Below, one piece after another: positions 25,467 to 38,298 of a stretch of 64,000 nucleotides of DNA (position 1 is the stretch's first letter; each line of letters opens with the position of its first letter). Location of the stretch: the NCBI RefSeq assembly GCF_033153115.1, contig NW_026889764.1, positions 4,464,001 to 4,528,000 of the forward strand, in the 5' to 3' direction. The position numbers were made by a program, and so were the translations under genes. This stretch comes from Saccostrea echinata (lineage: Eukaryota). Under the pieces are notes generated by a model, which was given only the letters and a program-made list of their open reading frames with translations, was not told where the DNA came from and did not search any database.

Positions 25467-28400
25467 TTTTTTAATCTGTTGTTTTGGACGTTTCTGAGGT
25501 AGTCTGGTTTCAAACCCTATCCTCCTAATAGCTTTATGTAATAGACATGGTACCCACGAACAAAGCGCGCAGATTGTAACTAAAATGAAACAAAAGAGAA
25601 TTCTTATTTAAATGATTCATAAACTACAGAGGCAAGGATATATCTTGTTTTCTATTGTGTTCAGTTTGGAGAGAGACAAAATTACATAGACACAGCCTTT
25701 GTCAGTGATACACAGCTCCAAACGTTAAAATCTGGCATGCTTAATTAATTAGATTCAAAGAAATTCCCTTTCTCTTTCATATTTTACATTAATTTTGAAA
25801 ACAAGTTAGAATTAAAATTGAAGAAAAAATAAATTATTAAGGCTACTGTGGGCATTTCAAGTGATTATATAATTATAATTTAAACAGAAAAAAAGACAAA
25901 TTCTAAACAAAAAATAATATCAGTTGAAAGTTATTCCTTTTACTTGCTGAGATGGAATTACTAAATTCAAGCATTCATTTGTGTGGATCGACATGATTTC
26001 TAATTTATCATGTATGTCAATTTCAAATATTAGTTTTTAAAACTTAAAACCGTGTTATGTAACTATCTAATAAGGGTCTGTCATCTTAATCATAATAATA
26101 AGGAAACGGATTAGTATAAGTTTTCAAACTTGTTTCCGAATCCTTTTTGATTTTTTTTGTACTACTTGCCTGTATTTTCTGCTTGTCATTTTTAAATGAA
26201 ATATGATTTAAACTTAAACTAAATTCAAGCAATAAATTATAACAGATTATGACAAGAATACCGGGTTATAAATAACATGATCCTTTTAAAGGACCAATTA
26301 GATAAAAACAAAATGTCAAATAATTTCAGAAATACATATCTCTGATTTTGTTATCAATAAAAAGGGATACAACTTCAATTTAATTTTATTTAAAGACAAT
26401 CAAGATTTGTGAGTTATCGCTCTTACGTGAGTTTTAATCATTTCACATACTCACATAGACTAATTTTATAAAATTTTTATTTTCTTTACCAACTAAAAAG
26501 AAAACGATGTTACTTTTATAAGATGTAATCATGAACAGTTGGGATTCATTTGATTTCAAAGAGTCCACACTTTGAATAGAAGATAAGATATCTAAATAAT
26601 GACCATTCCATTCACATCACCTTATATTTGTTCTTTTTTTTTTTTGGTCAGTTTATCAGAAATAAAATGTTTAAACAGATTTTTTAAAAAATCTACAAAA
26701 CTTAATTACATGTAATTACTTTTAATGTTTATATTCATCAACATATCAAGTCATGGGCTAGTGGGGATCCAAAGATGTTCACAGGAATATGTAGGGTAAA
26801 AAATATTTTCTCTTGAACAAAAATTCCATTGTTCTAAATTAGAACTCTACTTCGTGGACTGGTGTAGATTCGAAAACTAAGTCACAATAAAGGTCACATT
26901 TCTTACAACAAGTACAATTCGGATGAGGAACTAAAAAAATGTTTTCCCTCTATCTACATTGTAGAACAAGACTACAATAAATACATGTAACTTCTCAAGA
27001 AGAGTTTTTAAGAAAAGTTCACGTATAATGAACACAGAATTCATTTGGTTGTCCAATCTGTCCATTGGTCCAGACCCGTAGAACGCGGGGGGGGGGGGGG
27101 GGCTGCCCCTTTTTTCTGTGTATAGTATTTTGCTATAGTAAATTTTTATTTAGATGCTGGTTGCTCCGTCTGATTGTAGCTCCTCGATTTATAACATTTT
27201 TCAAGTGTTGTTCGACGGTTTCTAATCCAATATATATTATACATGTATTTAAGGCATTTTAAAAATCACTTATATTTACATATAGCATAGAATGGGTTTA
27301 CGAGTTTTTTACGTTAAACAGCGAGGCGATTCAAGTGGACACTGGGGCGAATGAGCCAAATTTTAGACACGTACAAATTACAGCATTTAATGACCAAAAA
27401 ATAAATATGGAAAAAATTCTATATGAAGTTTTATGGGTGATATGGAGAACACATTACGCATTAAATAGTATACTTTATGGGAATGTTAAAATCTCTCTAT
27501 TGAATTTCTATGTTTATACAGTGGATAATGAAACCTCTTTGTTATGAGCACTGTTCTTGTTTGTTTGTTAAATCTTTTAATTCTTAAATATAAAAATAAT
27601 TTTAAAAAAAAAAAAATTGGTGCCATTTTTTATCCACTGTTTGTCTCTACAATAGGACACTATAAGATGAACTCTTAGTTTGTTACGCAATTTCAATTCT
27701 GTATTTTACAGCACCTCAACATGAACCGCTGTCCGTGTTTAAATCACCATTAATCTTTCTATACATCAGAAGTAACTGTAAACATTAGCCTGTCCAGTAG
27801 TGGTCAACTTCTAGCGGTAACTGTCTACAGTTGTTTGTTGTGATGGGCCGCTAGGTAACGGTCTCCCCTCACGATTCTGGTCAATCACTGGGGGACCTGA
27901 GAGCAGGTAATTCTATTGCTTACATTATGGCTCAACAAAACAACCCAGTTCTTCAATTAACCCCTGGATGTTTCGCTTGACAAAAGAAATCAATAGTCCC
28001 ACACACTGCACAGAGGCCATCAAAGGCTAATAGTGGGGATAGTGCAGAATTAGGTTACTGCGAATAGTTCAATGCATATATACATGTTATCTATAAGATT
28101 AGAAGAAAAAAAAATGAATGATGAGTTACCCTCTATTTAGTTCTTTTTGTGATATTATTTTGCCAAATACCACACAATAAATATTTGGCTACTGTAGTAA
28201 ATATCAGTAATGATGATTATATAAATTTACCACAGTAAGTAAAGCTATTATCCTAATTATTGATTATAAAACATTGTTTAAATATCTTTATGAATATTCC
28301 TTGGTATTTTTTTTTTTTTACATAAATAACCGAAAGAAAAAAAATCGATAAATTCGATATTTGTTTAAATCGTTTGGTACATAATCTAAGGAGTATATGG

Positions 28401-29739
28401 ATAGTAAATCGTTTGGCTACTGTTTACAATATTCATAAATGCATGTAATATTTTTCAAGAAAAGTATTTTATAGAAGGTTTTGATGCATTTAATCTGATG
28501 TTAAAAACACTCCCCACGAAAAAAGGAGAGTACGATAATAGAAATTTGAATTTTTAAATTCTTTTCCCAGTGTGTACAAGGGGGCATTAAAGTTTATGAA
28601 AAATATTGCAAAAAATTTCTTCTTATTGAAGCCTGACAATTTTCAGACAATTCTGGCATGTTATTGCCGTAGATATGTAAATGGACGTAAATATTTTGAG
28701 TATCCACACACCATTCAAGACTTTCACAAAAGATTGGTCAATATTGACCAAACAGCTAATGGTCAAACCTTGGCTTTAATCGACCTTTCTACATCTACCA
28801 TACTTATGTTTGACGGAAAGAGGTCGCACAATGCCATTAATAAGTGTACATACTAAAGATCTTACCCGAATTTTAAATGGAAATATACCCCTTTCATGTT
28901 GAAAAGATTAAACGCTGGAAGATATTGGACGATCGAAACTGTCCACATTCTTCACTATTTAGAACAGAAATCAGCAATGTAAAACTAATTTTCCGTTCAT
29001 TTTTTTCCATGAAATATATAGCCAATAAAATTTTAAGTTCTGTTATTATACATGTAGTTTCATCGAATTTGTTTTCGTAATTTACATATAAAATTAGTTA
29101 ATATTTTTTCTTTGTTTGATCCTCCACTTTTAACTGAACCCTCGCCTCTGAAATCGCACCCGCCGCGTCAAGGTACTTGTACATCATTTCAAAACGTCTC
29201 TGTTAATCCATTATTTATATTCTTTTATTACCTTGTAGGACATTTCTTCCACATTTGTATTTAATTTACAATTACCACTGAGCTTATTGAGCTGTTAGAA
29301 TTTAACATGAAAAAGGGGGGGGGGTGAGCCAAACCCTCAAAGATTTCTGACCCCCCACCAAATACCCCCCCCCCCCCACCCACCGTCTGCAGCCGTTATT
29401 TATCATTTGCTAGAGGGCCCGTAGCTACCTGTCCGAATTTTCCCGCGTTAAAGTCCACGTAAAATTTATCGCGTCAAGAAAAATAAAAGAGAGAGGAGCT
29501 ACAACCAAACAGAGGAAACGCAAGTAAAGAAAATATCATCTGAACGGATGTTCAAAATTGCATATTTTTCATAAACATATAACCTCGTACAGAAGATTTT
29601 TAATTGAATTTGTTTCTAAAATAATCTATATCTAAATATATGTATTACCAAAGTAAAACACAGTAATACATTACAAAAATATATACAATTGTCAAAGCAT
29701 TTAGATGAAATAGATCAAAACAAGCATAAAATCCTTATT

Positions 29740-30383
29740 TTAACGTTTAAAGTGATGGAAAATTCCGCCACAAGATTCGAAGCATGGAGTTAAGCAACAG
29801 TTAATGCACAATGAATAGAGCCTCTGACAGACGCCGCAATTTATCTCCAACTCCTTAAAACAAGGCGTCAAAAACCAGACATGCCAAAAGGCGATGTAAG
29901 CAAATTCGCAACCCCACTCTGCAGCGATAAAGCAACCGCAACACAGCGTCAACAATTTATAGCAGCAACCTTTCCAAAACTCGAAGCATGAATTGGAGAG
30001 TTTGAAAACACAGTCGATACTGTGGGTACCATCGGGCTCACCAATGACGTCATTAAAAAGAAGAGTCTACAAAACAAATCGAATTTCATATATGCAAAAG
30101 ATTCAGAAATAAGTATTTCATAATATTTTTTATACATAATTTATCTTTATTCTAGCAATCTTCAATATCAAATTAGAATAAAATGTTAAATATGTGAAGG
30201 GCCAAGAATTATCATGAAAATAACTACAGGTCTTGTCTATATTATTTTCTTGTCAAATTTGACCACTGAATTTCGATACCCCCTATTATTCAAGACATGA
30301 TTCTGCCATAGATTTGGTAATCAAGTATAAAATTCCATGCTTAAGACTTTGTCCTGACCAAATTACACAATGACTGCTACTTA

Positions 30384-30420
<37 letters not shown>

Positions 30421-30598
30421 AGAAGAAGAAGAAGAAGAAGAAGAAAGGATTACGGTACTGTAAATCAACACAGACATTTTTTCGTCTGAGAGGGTTGAAA
30501 TACTTTTTGTCATTTTTTTTATAATCAAAAATTTAAAAAAAAAAGCATACCCCAAGATGGCTGTTTAGTCCATTAGGATCTCTGTTAACCAAATCCAT
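29740..30598 (-). CDS. Cys-rich short caveolin (cav-c), 124 aa; exons 30598-30551 and 30066-29740
   Basis: MDLVNRDPNGLNSHLG|GTATGC ... TTGTAG|TLLFNDVIGEPDGTHSIDC...GGIFHHFKR*; 16 Cys. Confidence 0.9.
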
Positions 30599-31751
30599 TT
30601 CTCCAGTTCTTTCCTACCTTCCTAAATCACAGAAGAGAAGTCTTCAGTTGAATCGAAAATCCGCCCCTCCCGATTCCTCATTGTTGGTGGTGGCTATAGC
30701 AATAATCAGTGTACAGAAATTTGGCAACATTATCGGACACTTTTATCTTTTAAATGTTAAAAGACGAAAATTTATGTCAATAATTGATAAGAATATGAAA
30801 CTCAAACTGGTTTGTTATAAATTACGTAAACATTATGTAAGACAATCCATACCTAATCATAACTCTATTAAATAATTTAGATTGCTTTGTGAATTTAAGT
30901 GGTAATCCAATTTATCTATAAATTATTGCACAGGAGGCCGACCACCTTCGTAAGTCCCCCGTCCCCTTTTTCCATTGAAGTAAAAAAAACTTTGCCTAGA
31001 TAAGGAAAATAAAACGTTCAAACAACCAATACTAGGAGAAAAATCACTTAAAATTATTTCCCTTGTCTCTTTAATCTGGGTTTGACCTTGAAATATCAAT
31101 AAAAATTGATAAACCTTTTAGTTTACTGCACCCATTAATACTATGCTACTCTTTGCTTAAAAGAGTTGATGTGGTTGAGATAGGAATATTGATATAGGTA
31201 TTAATTTATATATGCATCCGTAGAAGACGGCAAGAAAGAATATGAAAATTCAAAACTTGATATTCCTAAATGTTCCCTTTATTCTGAATTACCAAACTTC
31301 TTGAATAACAGTGTCAATGAATATTTTAAAGCGTTTAAAGTAATAATGCAAGTGACAACATCAGCTAAATGACAATGTCTTAGTACACGCGGTACGGGAA
31401 TCAGACCGACCTTGATAATCAAGTAAATTTTGTACTGATTACTATTGTTAATCAATTTTGGACACACAACTTGAAAGTATTTATCAAATGTACAAATTAA
31501 ACTATTTTGGAGGATTATTAATTATCTTCTCTACAATTCCTTTCTTTGAATGGAAGATAACCATACTATAAGAAATACACTTTAAAAAAGATATATAACA
31601 TTTGTTTTATTACAAATCAGAAACTGTATAATTATGCATTGTAAAAACTATAATTATCCACAAAGCACTGCCTGCACACGGAGTCAAAAGTTACAGAAAG
31701 TTTTGGATTCAGGATTAAACATTTATAACCAAAAATATTTGGGTTGTAGTT

Positions 31752-32826
31752 CTATCCTCTTTTGAAATGATGGAAAATTCCACCACAAGACTCAAAGCAT
31801 GGAGTCATGCAACAGTTGATGCACATGGCGTAAAGACGTTGGCAAACTCCGCAGTTGATTTCCAGCCATTTGAAGCAGGGTGTAACGTACCAAATATGAT
31901 AGAAAGCGATGTACGCAAACTCGCAACCCCACTCAGCAGCGATACAGCAACCACAGCAGAGGGTAAGCAATTTATAACAGATGCCTTTCCAGAACTCAAA
32001 ACATGTATTGGAGAGTTTGAAGACACAGTCGATGCTGTGGGTACCATCAGGCTCTCCGATGACGTCATTGAAGAGGAGTGTCTAAACAATTTAAAAAAGA
32101 ATTGCATGTACATGTATTTTGGTTATGAAGTTATTCTCCTGAATTTTGAAGGATTTTTTTAGTAGGTACATTGCTTATAAAAGGTATATAGCCAGTGCTA
32201 CTCTCTAGCAGAAGACTTTAAGACAAAGACAATTTATTAAATTTTTATATGACGACGTAAGGACATAGGATATACAGAACATGTTCCAGAAATTTGTAAA
32301 ACCATTTGAACATCTCTAATTATTGCTTAAATACATATTTATCGCAAAATGTTTCTATAGTTATAGCTATCAATTAATCCTTATTTTTGCATTCTGTCCC
32401 ACCCTATAGATTCACTTATGTCTTTTTTGAAATACAATGCAAACATATACCCCTCCTCCAAAGTTAAGCTTTACGTCTTACCACTTCTTCAGATCAGAAT
32501 ATGAACATCATCAGGTGATACTCTTTTGGTTAATTATAAAGGATATTATCTTATCCTGATTTCCATTGCAACAAGGAGACAGTTAAAATTCCAGTAATAT
32601 ATTTGTTTTTTGGAGGTGAATGTTAATGCCCTATTTGAGCAGGCAGAAGAAGTCTAGATTAGAAAGGTGTTTCTATCTATTCGACTTTGCATTTTAGTAA
32701 AGATAAACGACAGAACCGTACGATGCTGTTCCTTCTTGAAACTGTAAATGTACCTACCCCCAGGTGACTATTAAGTCCGTTAGGGTCCCTGTTAACTAAG
32801 TCAATCTCTCCAGTTTTGTCAGTCAT
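31752..32826 (-). CDS. Cys-rich short caveolin (cav-d), 132 aa; exons 32826-32758 and 32081-31752
   Basis: MTDKTGEIDLVNRDPNGLNSHLG|GTAGGT ... TTTAG|TLLFNDVIGEP...HHFKRG*; 16 Cys. Confidence 0.93.
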
Positions 32827-32913
32827 ATTTTAGAAGTAAGTTGTCCTGTATATAAAATTGTGATCTGTTCAGGTATATCCGTAACTAGTGACAATGTATT
32901 TCGACTGGTCTAT

Positions 32914-32923
32914 CTTATATATA
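32914..32923 (-). promoter_or_regulatory. Candidate TATA box of cav-d
   Basis: TATATATAAG ~90 bp upstream of the ATG; same element at 36371-36380 (cav-e) and similar at 60933-60942 (cav-j). Confidence 0.5.
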
Positions 32924-34715
32924 CACTTCAGTTTCCGTTGCTAAAGCACCCTGACCACTCTAAATATTGGGGACAAACAACAGGTTTGGAGTCAATATTT
33001 ATCCAATCAACTTCTAATCTTGGTCTCTTAAAGTTTGGCGGTCATGCATTAATGTAAAACATCCTGTCTATTTTAACTCAAAAAAGACTTTTATAATTAC
33101 TTTCAAGTAGAATTTTTCGGGAATAGGAAATTCAAATAAGAATTAATTGATATTATGTCTAGATGTGCATTAGGCATATATTGAGACAGTAAATGCATTA
33201 GCACGTTGTTCAGTTAAAGCTTTGAACCTATCTGCCACCTTCATGAATCAGTCATGATAATATGAAATATCATAGCCTTTACTTCTGATTTTAAAAAAAG
33301 TTGTTGATAAATCTCACATTTTTGTTAGCAAATATTGAAGCAAGTGAGCAAATTTTGTTCAATTGAGCAAAGTGAAGCAAATTTTGTTTTGTCTACAAAA
33401 TATGCTGGTAATGATACTCAAATTGGATAATTTATTTCAATGAGCGAGCAGATTAGGCTTTATGATTTAGAGCTATTGCATTATCATATATGAAAGATGA
33501 TTAAGTGAATTCATAAGAAAATGTTCGCAAAAGAAAAATGTTTTGAGCATGTGTTCAGAATTCTGAAAGGATCAGATTCTTTAAACATGTGACCACTCTT
33601 TTCTCAGTTTGTAGTTGTAGCAGCTACAAACAAAATTTGAAAATGGGAAGAAAACGATTTTCATAAACCAATTACAAATGTAATGTAATCAATTTTTTAA
33701 AAAATATTTATAATTATGCAATCAAGAAACGTCAACTTATTATGTTAATTTAATTTATCATCTAAAGATGATTCATTTAACAATGGTTTGTGAAATGAGT
33801 ACCTGTCCTTAGGGCACGAGTTAAATTGTAATAAGTTGCAGTTTCGCTATTTATATATTTGTTTTGAAATCATTAAAATTGTGAATCTAAGAAGTATGGA
33901 TTTTATTAGCTTTAAAATGACCACAGATATCTTGAACACATTTAAACTTCGAGGCACTCTGATATGGTACTTTTAGCTGGATCGTATACTGTCAATATAA
34001 TTTTTGTTCTTCAGTTCATTGTTAAAATTGTTCAAATTTTAATCTGAAATTATGCATTGGATATAAAACTTCGACATAAAATACATAGCGGAAAATTAAA
34101 GACATGTTAAAAACAGTACTATCTCTGCTTCTAACAAAGTATTTCTGTATTTCTGAATTTATTAATAAATTCATAAAAAATTCAGTCAATCATATCTTTT
34201 AAAAAACTGACAGAGAAATGATTCCATTGATTTCACCAGAATTACCAAACCCTTGACCTTGGGGATAGGCCTATTCATCGTCTCTTTATTTTCAGGAATG
34301 TCAAAATATCAAACAATTATTATGCTGAAGACAAAATCTGAACTATTTCCTCAGTTTTTCCATTTGTTACAATCTTCTATAAGTATATCATTTTATTAAA
34401 GCTTTCATATTCCTTTTTTTGACATTTTTATATTGATAGATTTGATCCTTCAGATATGAGGTAATTTGTTTTGAATTATATTGTACATAGCAAATTAAAT
34501 GAATTTTAATATAAGGCTCTTTAAAAGCGATTCATTTTAATAAGTTTCCTGCCAACTTTATCTCGAATTTGATTAAAAAACAAAAGACTGCATCAGTTCC
34601 AAATAAGATTTATCGTTGAAAACCCGTTACAAAATATTAATAAATAAAAGTTTTAAATTGATCAAAATCATCTTGAATTAATTCTTTCAGAATGTCTCAT
34701 CTCTTGGTGGATTCT

Positions 34716-36283
34716 TCAAGTTCTCTTGAAATGATGGAATATTCCACCCATCGATTCATAACAGGGTGTGCAACAGCAGTTGATACACATTGTGTACATT
34801 CGTTGGCAAATTCCACAGTTAATCTCCACCACTTTGATACACGGTGTAAGCATCCAGATATGGAAAAAGGCAATGTACGCAAACTCGCAACCCCACTCCA
34901 TGGCGATACAGCAACCACAGCAAAAGGTCATCAATTTATAACAGAGGCCTTTCCAAAGCTCAAAGCAGGTGTTGGAGAGTTTGAAGACACAGTCGATACT
35001 GTGGGTACCATCTGGTTCTCCGATAACGTCATTGAAGAGGAGTGTCTAAACAATAACAAAGAATTGCATAATATACATGTATGTTTTGTGTAAGTATTGC
35101 GCTAAATTTTTAAGTGAAATATATGGAGATAACGAACAGTATTCAAGCTCAAAAGTCCATTAAACATTACAAAATAGGTGCAGAGCAAACACGGACCTCC
35201 AATACAACAGAGGTGGGATCAGGTGCCATGGAGGAGTGAGCATCCCCTGCCGACCGGTCACACCCGCCGTGTGCTCCTTGTTATGATCGGGAAATAACGG
35301 AAAAAATTGTCGACAAATTAGTGTGTAAATAATGGCCTAACAATTAGTATGAAAAACGTCAGTCAGCATTTAAGGGAAAGGCTTTTTTTAAATAGTAGGT
35401 ATTCTCCTTGAAAAGAACTAAGGTCATTGTTATTCTCCAGAGGAAGACTTTCTACAAACACAATTCATATACTTTTTATTTTGACTTAAGGATATAGGAT
35501 ACACAAAAAACAAGTTCAAGAAATTGGTAAAATAGTTTGTAAATGCCTCACTATTGCTCAAACACATATTTATCACGAATTTTTCATATCGATTAATCCT
35601 TATTTTTGTATTTTCTCCAATTTTACAGTGTCAGTTTTATATTCTTTGTTAAAATACAATGCAGAAATAAAAAAAGTACCCCTCCCCCACATACTCTAAT
35701 TTTACCAAGAAAAAAAAAATTGAGTGTTTATAAACGACATGGATGAAAGCTTTGATAAAACCAGTCTCTCGAGATATTTGGTATCCTATGATCTTAACAA
35801 GAATTCTCTGTGAACCACAAGACCTGTTGATGAGAATTTCAGGTGACTTTCATTTTTGCAGATTTTTAAATAGATATGCATGTATGAAATTAATATCAAA
35901 CTTTACTTCTTATCACTTCTAATACACATAATTTAAACATTGTCAGCTGATATTCTTTCTGGCAATTATAAAGAATATTATCCTCTCTGATTTCCATTGC
36001 AACAAAGATACCGTTAAAACGTATATGTTTTTGCCATGTGTTTGCTTTTGGAAAGTGGCTGTTTAGGTCTTTTTTGTCAACAGAAGTCTAGAAGAAGAAG
36101 ATATTGAAAAAAGTTCAAAGTTGTTTTTCAGTGTATATTTTGACCCTCTGAGTAAAGATAAACAAATGGAACTTAGGAAATGTTGTTCCTTTGTGAAGCT
36201 GTAAATATACCTACCCCCAGGTGACTATTAAGTCCGTTAGGATCCCTGTTTTCTAAGTCAATTTCTCCAGTTTTATCAGTCAT
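34716..36283 (-). CDS. Cys-rich short caveolin (cav-e), 132 aa; exons 36283-36215 and 35045-34716
   Basis: MTDKTGEIDLENRDPNGLNSHLG|GTAGGT ... TTTAG|TLLFNDVIGEP...HHFKRT*. Confidence 0.93.
35115..35371 (-). mobile_element. 5'-truncated 3' end of a Penelope-like retroelement, in the cav-e intron
   Basis: Highly similar to 37542-37800. Absent from the paralogous cav-d intron. (T)TTAAG repeated at both junctions. Confidence 0.75.
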
Positions 36284-37541
36284 GATTGAGAAGACAGTTG
36301 TATTGTATATAAAATTGTGATCTGTTCAGGTATATCCGTAACTAGTGACATTGTATTTTCACTGGTCTATCTTATATATACACTCCAGTTTCCGTTGCTA
36401 AAACACATTGACCACTCTAAATACTGGGCGCAAAAAACAGGTTTGGAGTCAATATTTAACCGAACAATCTTTGTCTTTAAAAGCCTGGGTTTCATGCATC
36501 AATGAAAAACATCAATATTTAGGGTAAAGGAAATTTAAATAAAAAACCATTGGTATTTGCATGTCAATATGTGTATGAAGCAAATATCGAGACAGTGGAT
36601 ATACTTTACCTGTCACCATTGTGTGTCTGTCATAATAACATGGAATATCACAGTACTTATCTCGATATAAGAATTCATTGAGTCTGCTGGTCAAACTTAA
36701 TGACTTTGAAATGATTTTATAATCAGTTCAAATAGGTAACTTAGTTTATTTATTAGAAAGTACATGCATTTCTAAAAGAGAATTGATCTCAGTCACCCAT
36801 ACAGAATTCTGACACTATTAGATTGTTTCAACAAAAAACCACCCATTTTTAGTTTGTAGTTGTAGCAGCTACAGAAATAATTTCTTCTGTGTACCAATTA
36901 CAAATGTAAATACATGTAAATCATATATAAAAAGAATTTAGCAGCGTTTGACAAGATTTTTGTCTGGACCTCTTGTATGCAAATTCTGTTTCAAATTTTT
37001 ATTCTTAATTGGGCTCTTTAATGTTATTTCAATTCGATTTATCAAAAAAATGCAATTAACTGCAATTTCAAAAAAATTGGGGATTTTTTTTTTATGTGGC
37101 TGAATAGTTTTTATTTCAAAATATTTCTAGTCCTATTAATTTTAGCACACTGGACTTCCTTCAAGCTACACTAAACACAAAATTTTGACACTTTAAACGA
37201 GACTGCTGATATTCTTGTTTTATAAACTTAATTGTCAATAGCTTACCTCCGGTTAGAAATTGTTCGTACGTAAAACTACTTTTGCATATTGAATCAAATG
37301 GGAGATATAAACTCCATATGCAGATGTATTTAATTCATAAGGATTACCAAACCCTCGACCTTTAGGGTGGGTCTTTTGACTATCTTTGTATTTAACGTAT
37401 TTTAAGATAACAAACAATTAATTCCCCAGTCTTTTCATTTGTCACAAACAATAACCTTTACCTATATCATTTTTGTTAATGTTTCCATATTTCTTTTTAG
37501 ATAAATTTCATTAATGACTTTTTATTGGTAGATTTGATACA

Positions 37542-38001
37542 TGAAATATATGGAGATAACGAACAGTATTCAAGCTCAAAAGTCCATTAAACAATAACAA
37601 AATAGGAGCAAAGCAAACACGGACCTCCAAAACATCAAAGGTGGGATCAGGTGCCATGGAGGAGTAAACATCCCCTGCCGACCGGTCACACCCGCCGTGT
37701 GCTCCTTGTCATGATCGGGAAACAAAGGAAAAATCCATCGACAATTCAGTGTGTACATAATGGCCTTAACAATTAGTATGAAAAACGTCAGTCAGCATTT
37801 GACTCAATGATAAATTGTATTTGCTGACAAGGTCATTGTATCGACCATAGAACTTACGAAATGATGATTTTAAACGAGACTGCTGAAATTCTCGTTTCAT
37901 CAACTTGTTTGTCAATAATTTACCTCGTTTTAGAAATTATACATACATAGAGTATGCTCTTGCATATCGAATCAACTGAGAGATATAAACCCCGTATGCA
38001 G
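37542..38001 (-). mobile_element. 5'-truncated Penelope-like retroelement (RT C-terminus plus 3' UTR)
   Basis: Minus-strand translation YISQLIRYARAYS...LLTNKLM...SRLKSSFRKFYGRYNDLVSKY...TDVFHTNC*, then the same 3' tail as 35115-35371. Absent at the paralogous position near 34445. Confidence 0.75.
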
Positions 38002-38298
38002 CTACACCGTACCCCGTTAAACCCCGTACATCAGATCTGAAGCAGCTTCTTTATAATTTTATTATTCATAGCATGTAAACTAAATATCAATATTAGAGTC
38101 TTTACAAGAAAATTACCTCAATACTTCCATGACAAAGTTATCTCTTATTTGATTAAATAAATAAACTTTTAAAGTACCATATTAGTTCTAAATATTTTAT
38201 CGCTGTGACATCAGAAAAATAATAAATAAAATTGTATGATAAGTCAAAATAATCTTTCATTATATCTTTTCATAATTTCTTCATCTCTTGAAGGATTC

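Noticed and set aside
31767-32162. Plus-strand 88-133 aa ORFs and alternative-frame minus ORFs recurring over each caveolin exon 2 (also 34692, 38236, 46519, 51091, 55072, 59807)
   Set aside because: Shadows of the conserved caveolin exon. Their starts and ends vary, and similarity stops at the exon edges.
37576-37758. 60-aa ORF ...AGVTGRQGMFTPPWHLIPPL
   Set aside because: Lies in the 3' tail of the Penelope-like repeat, downstream of the RT stop.
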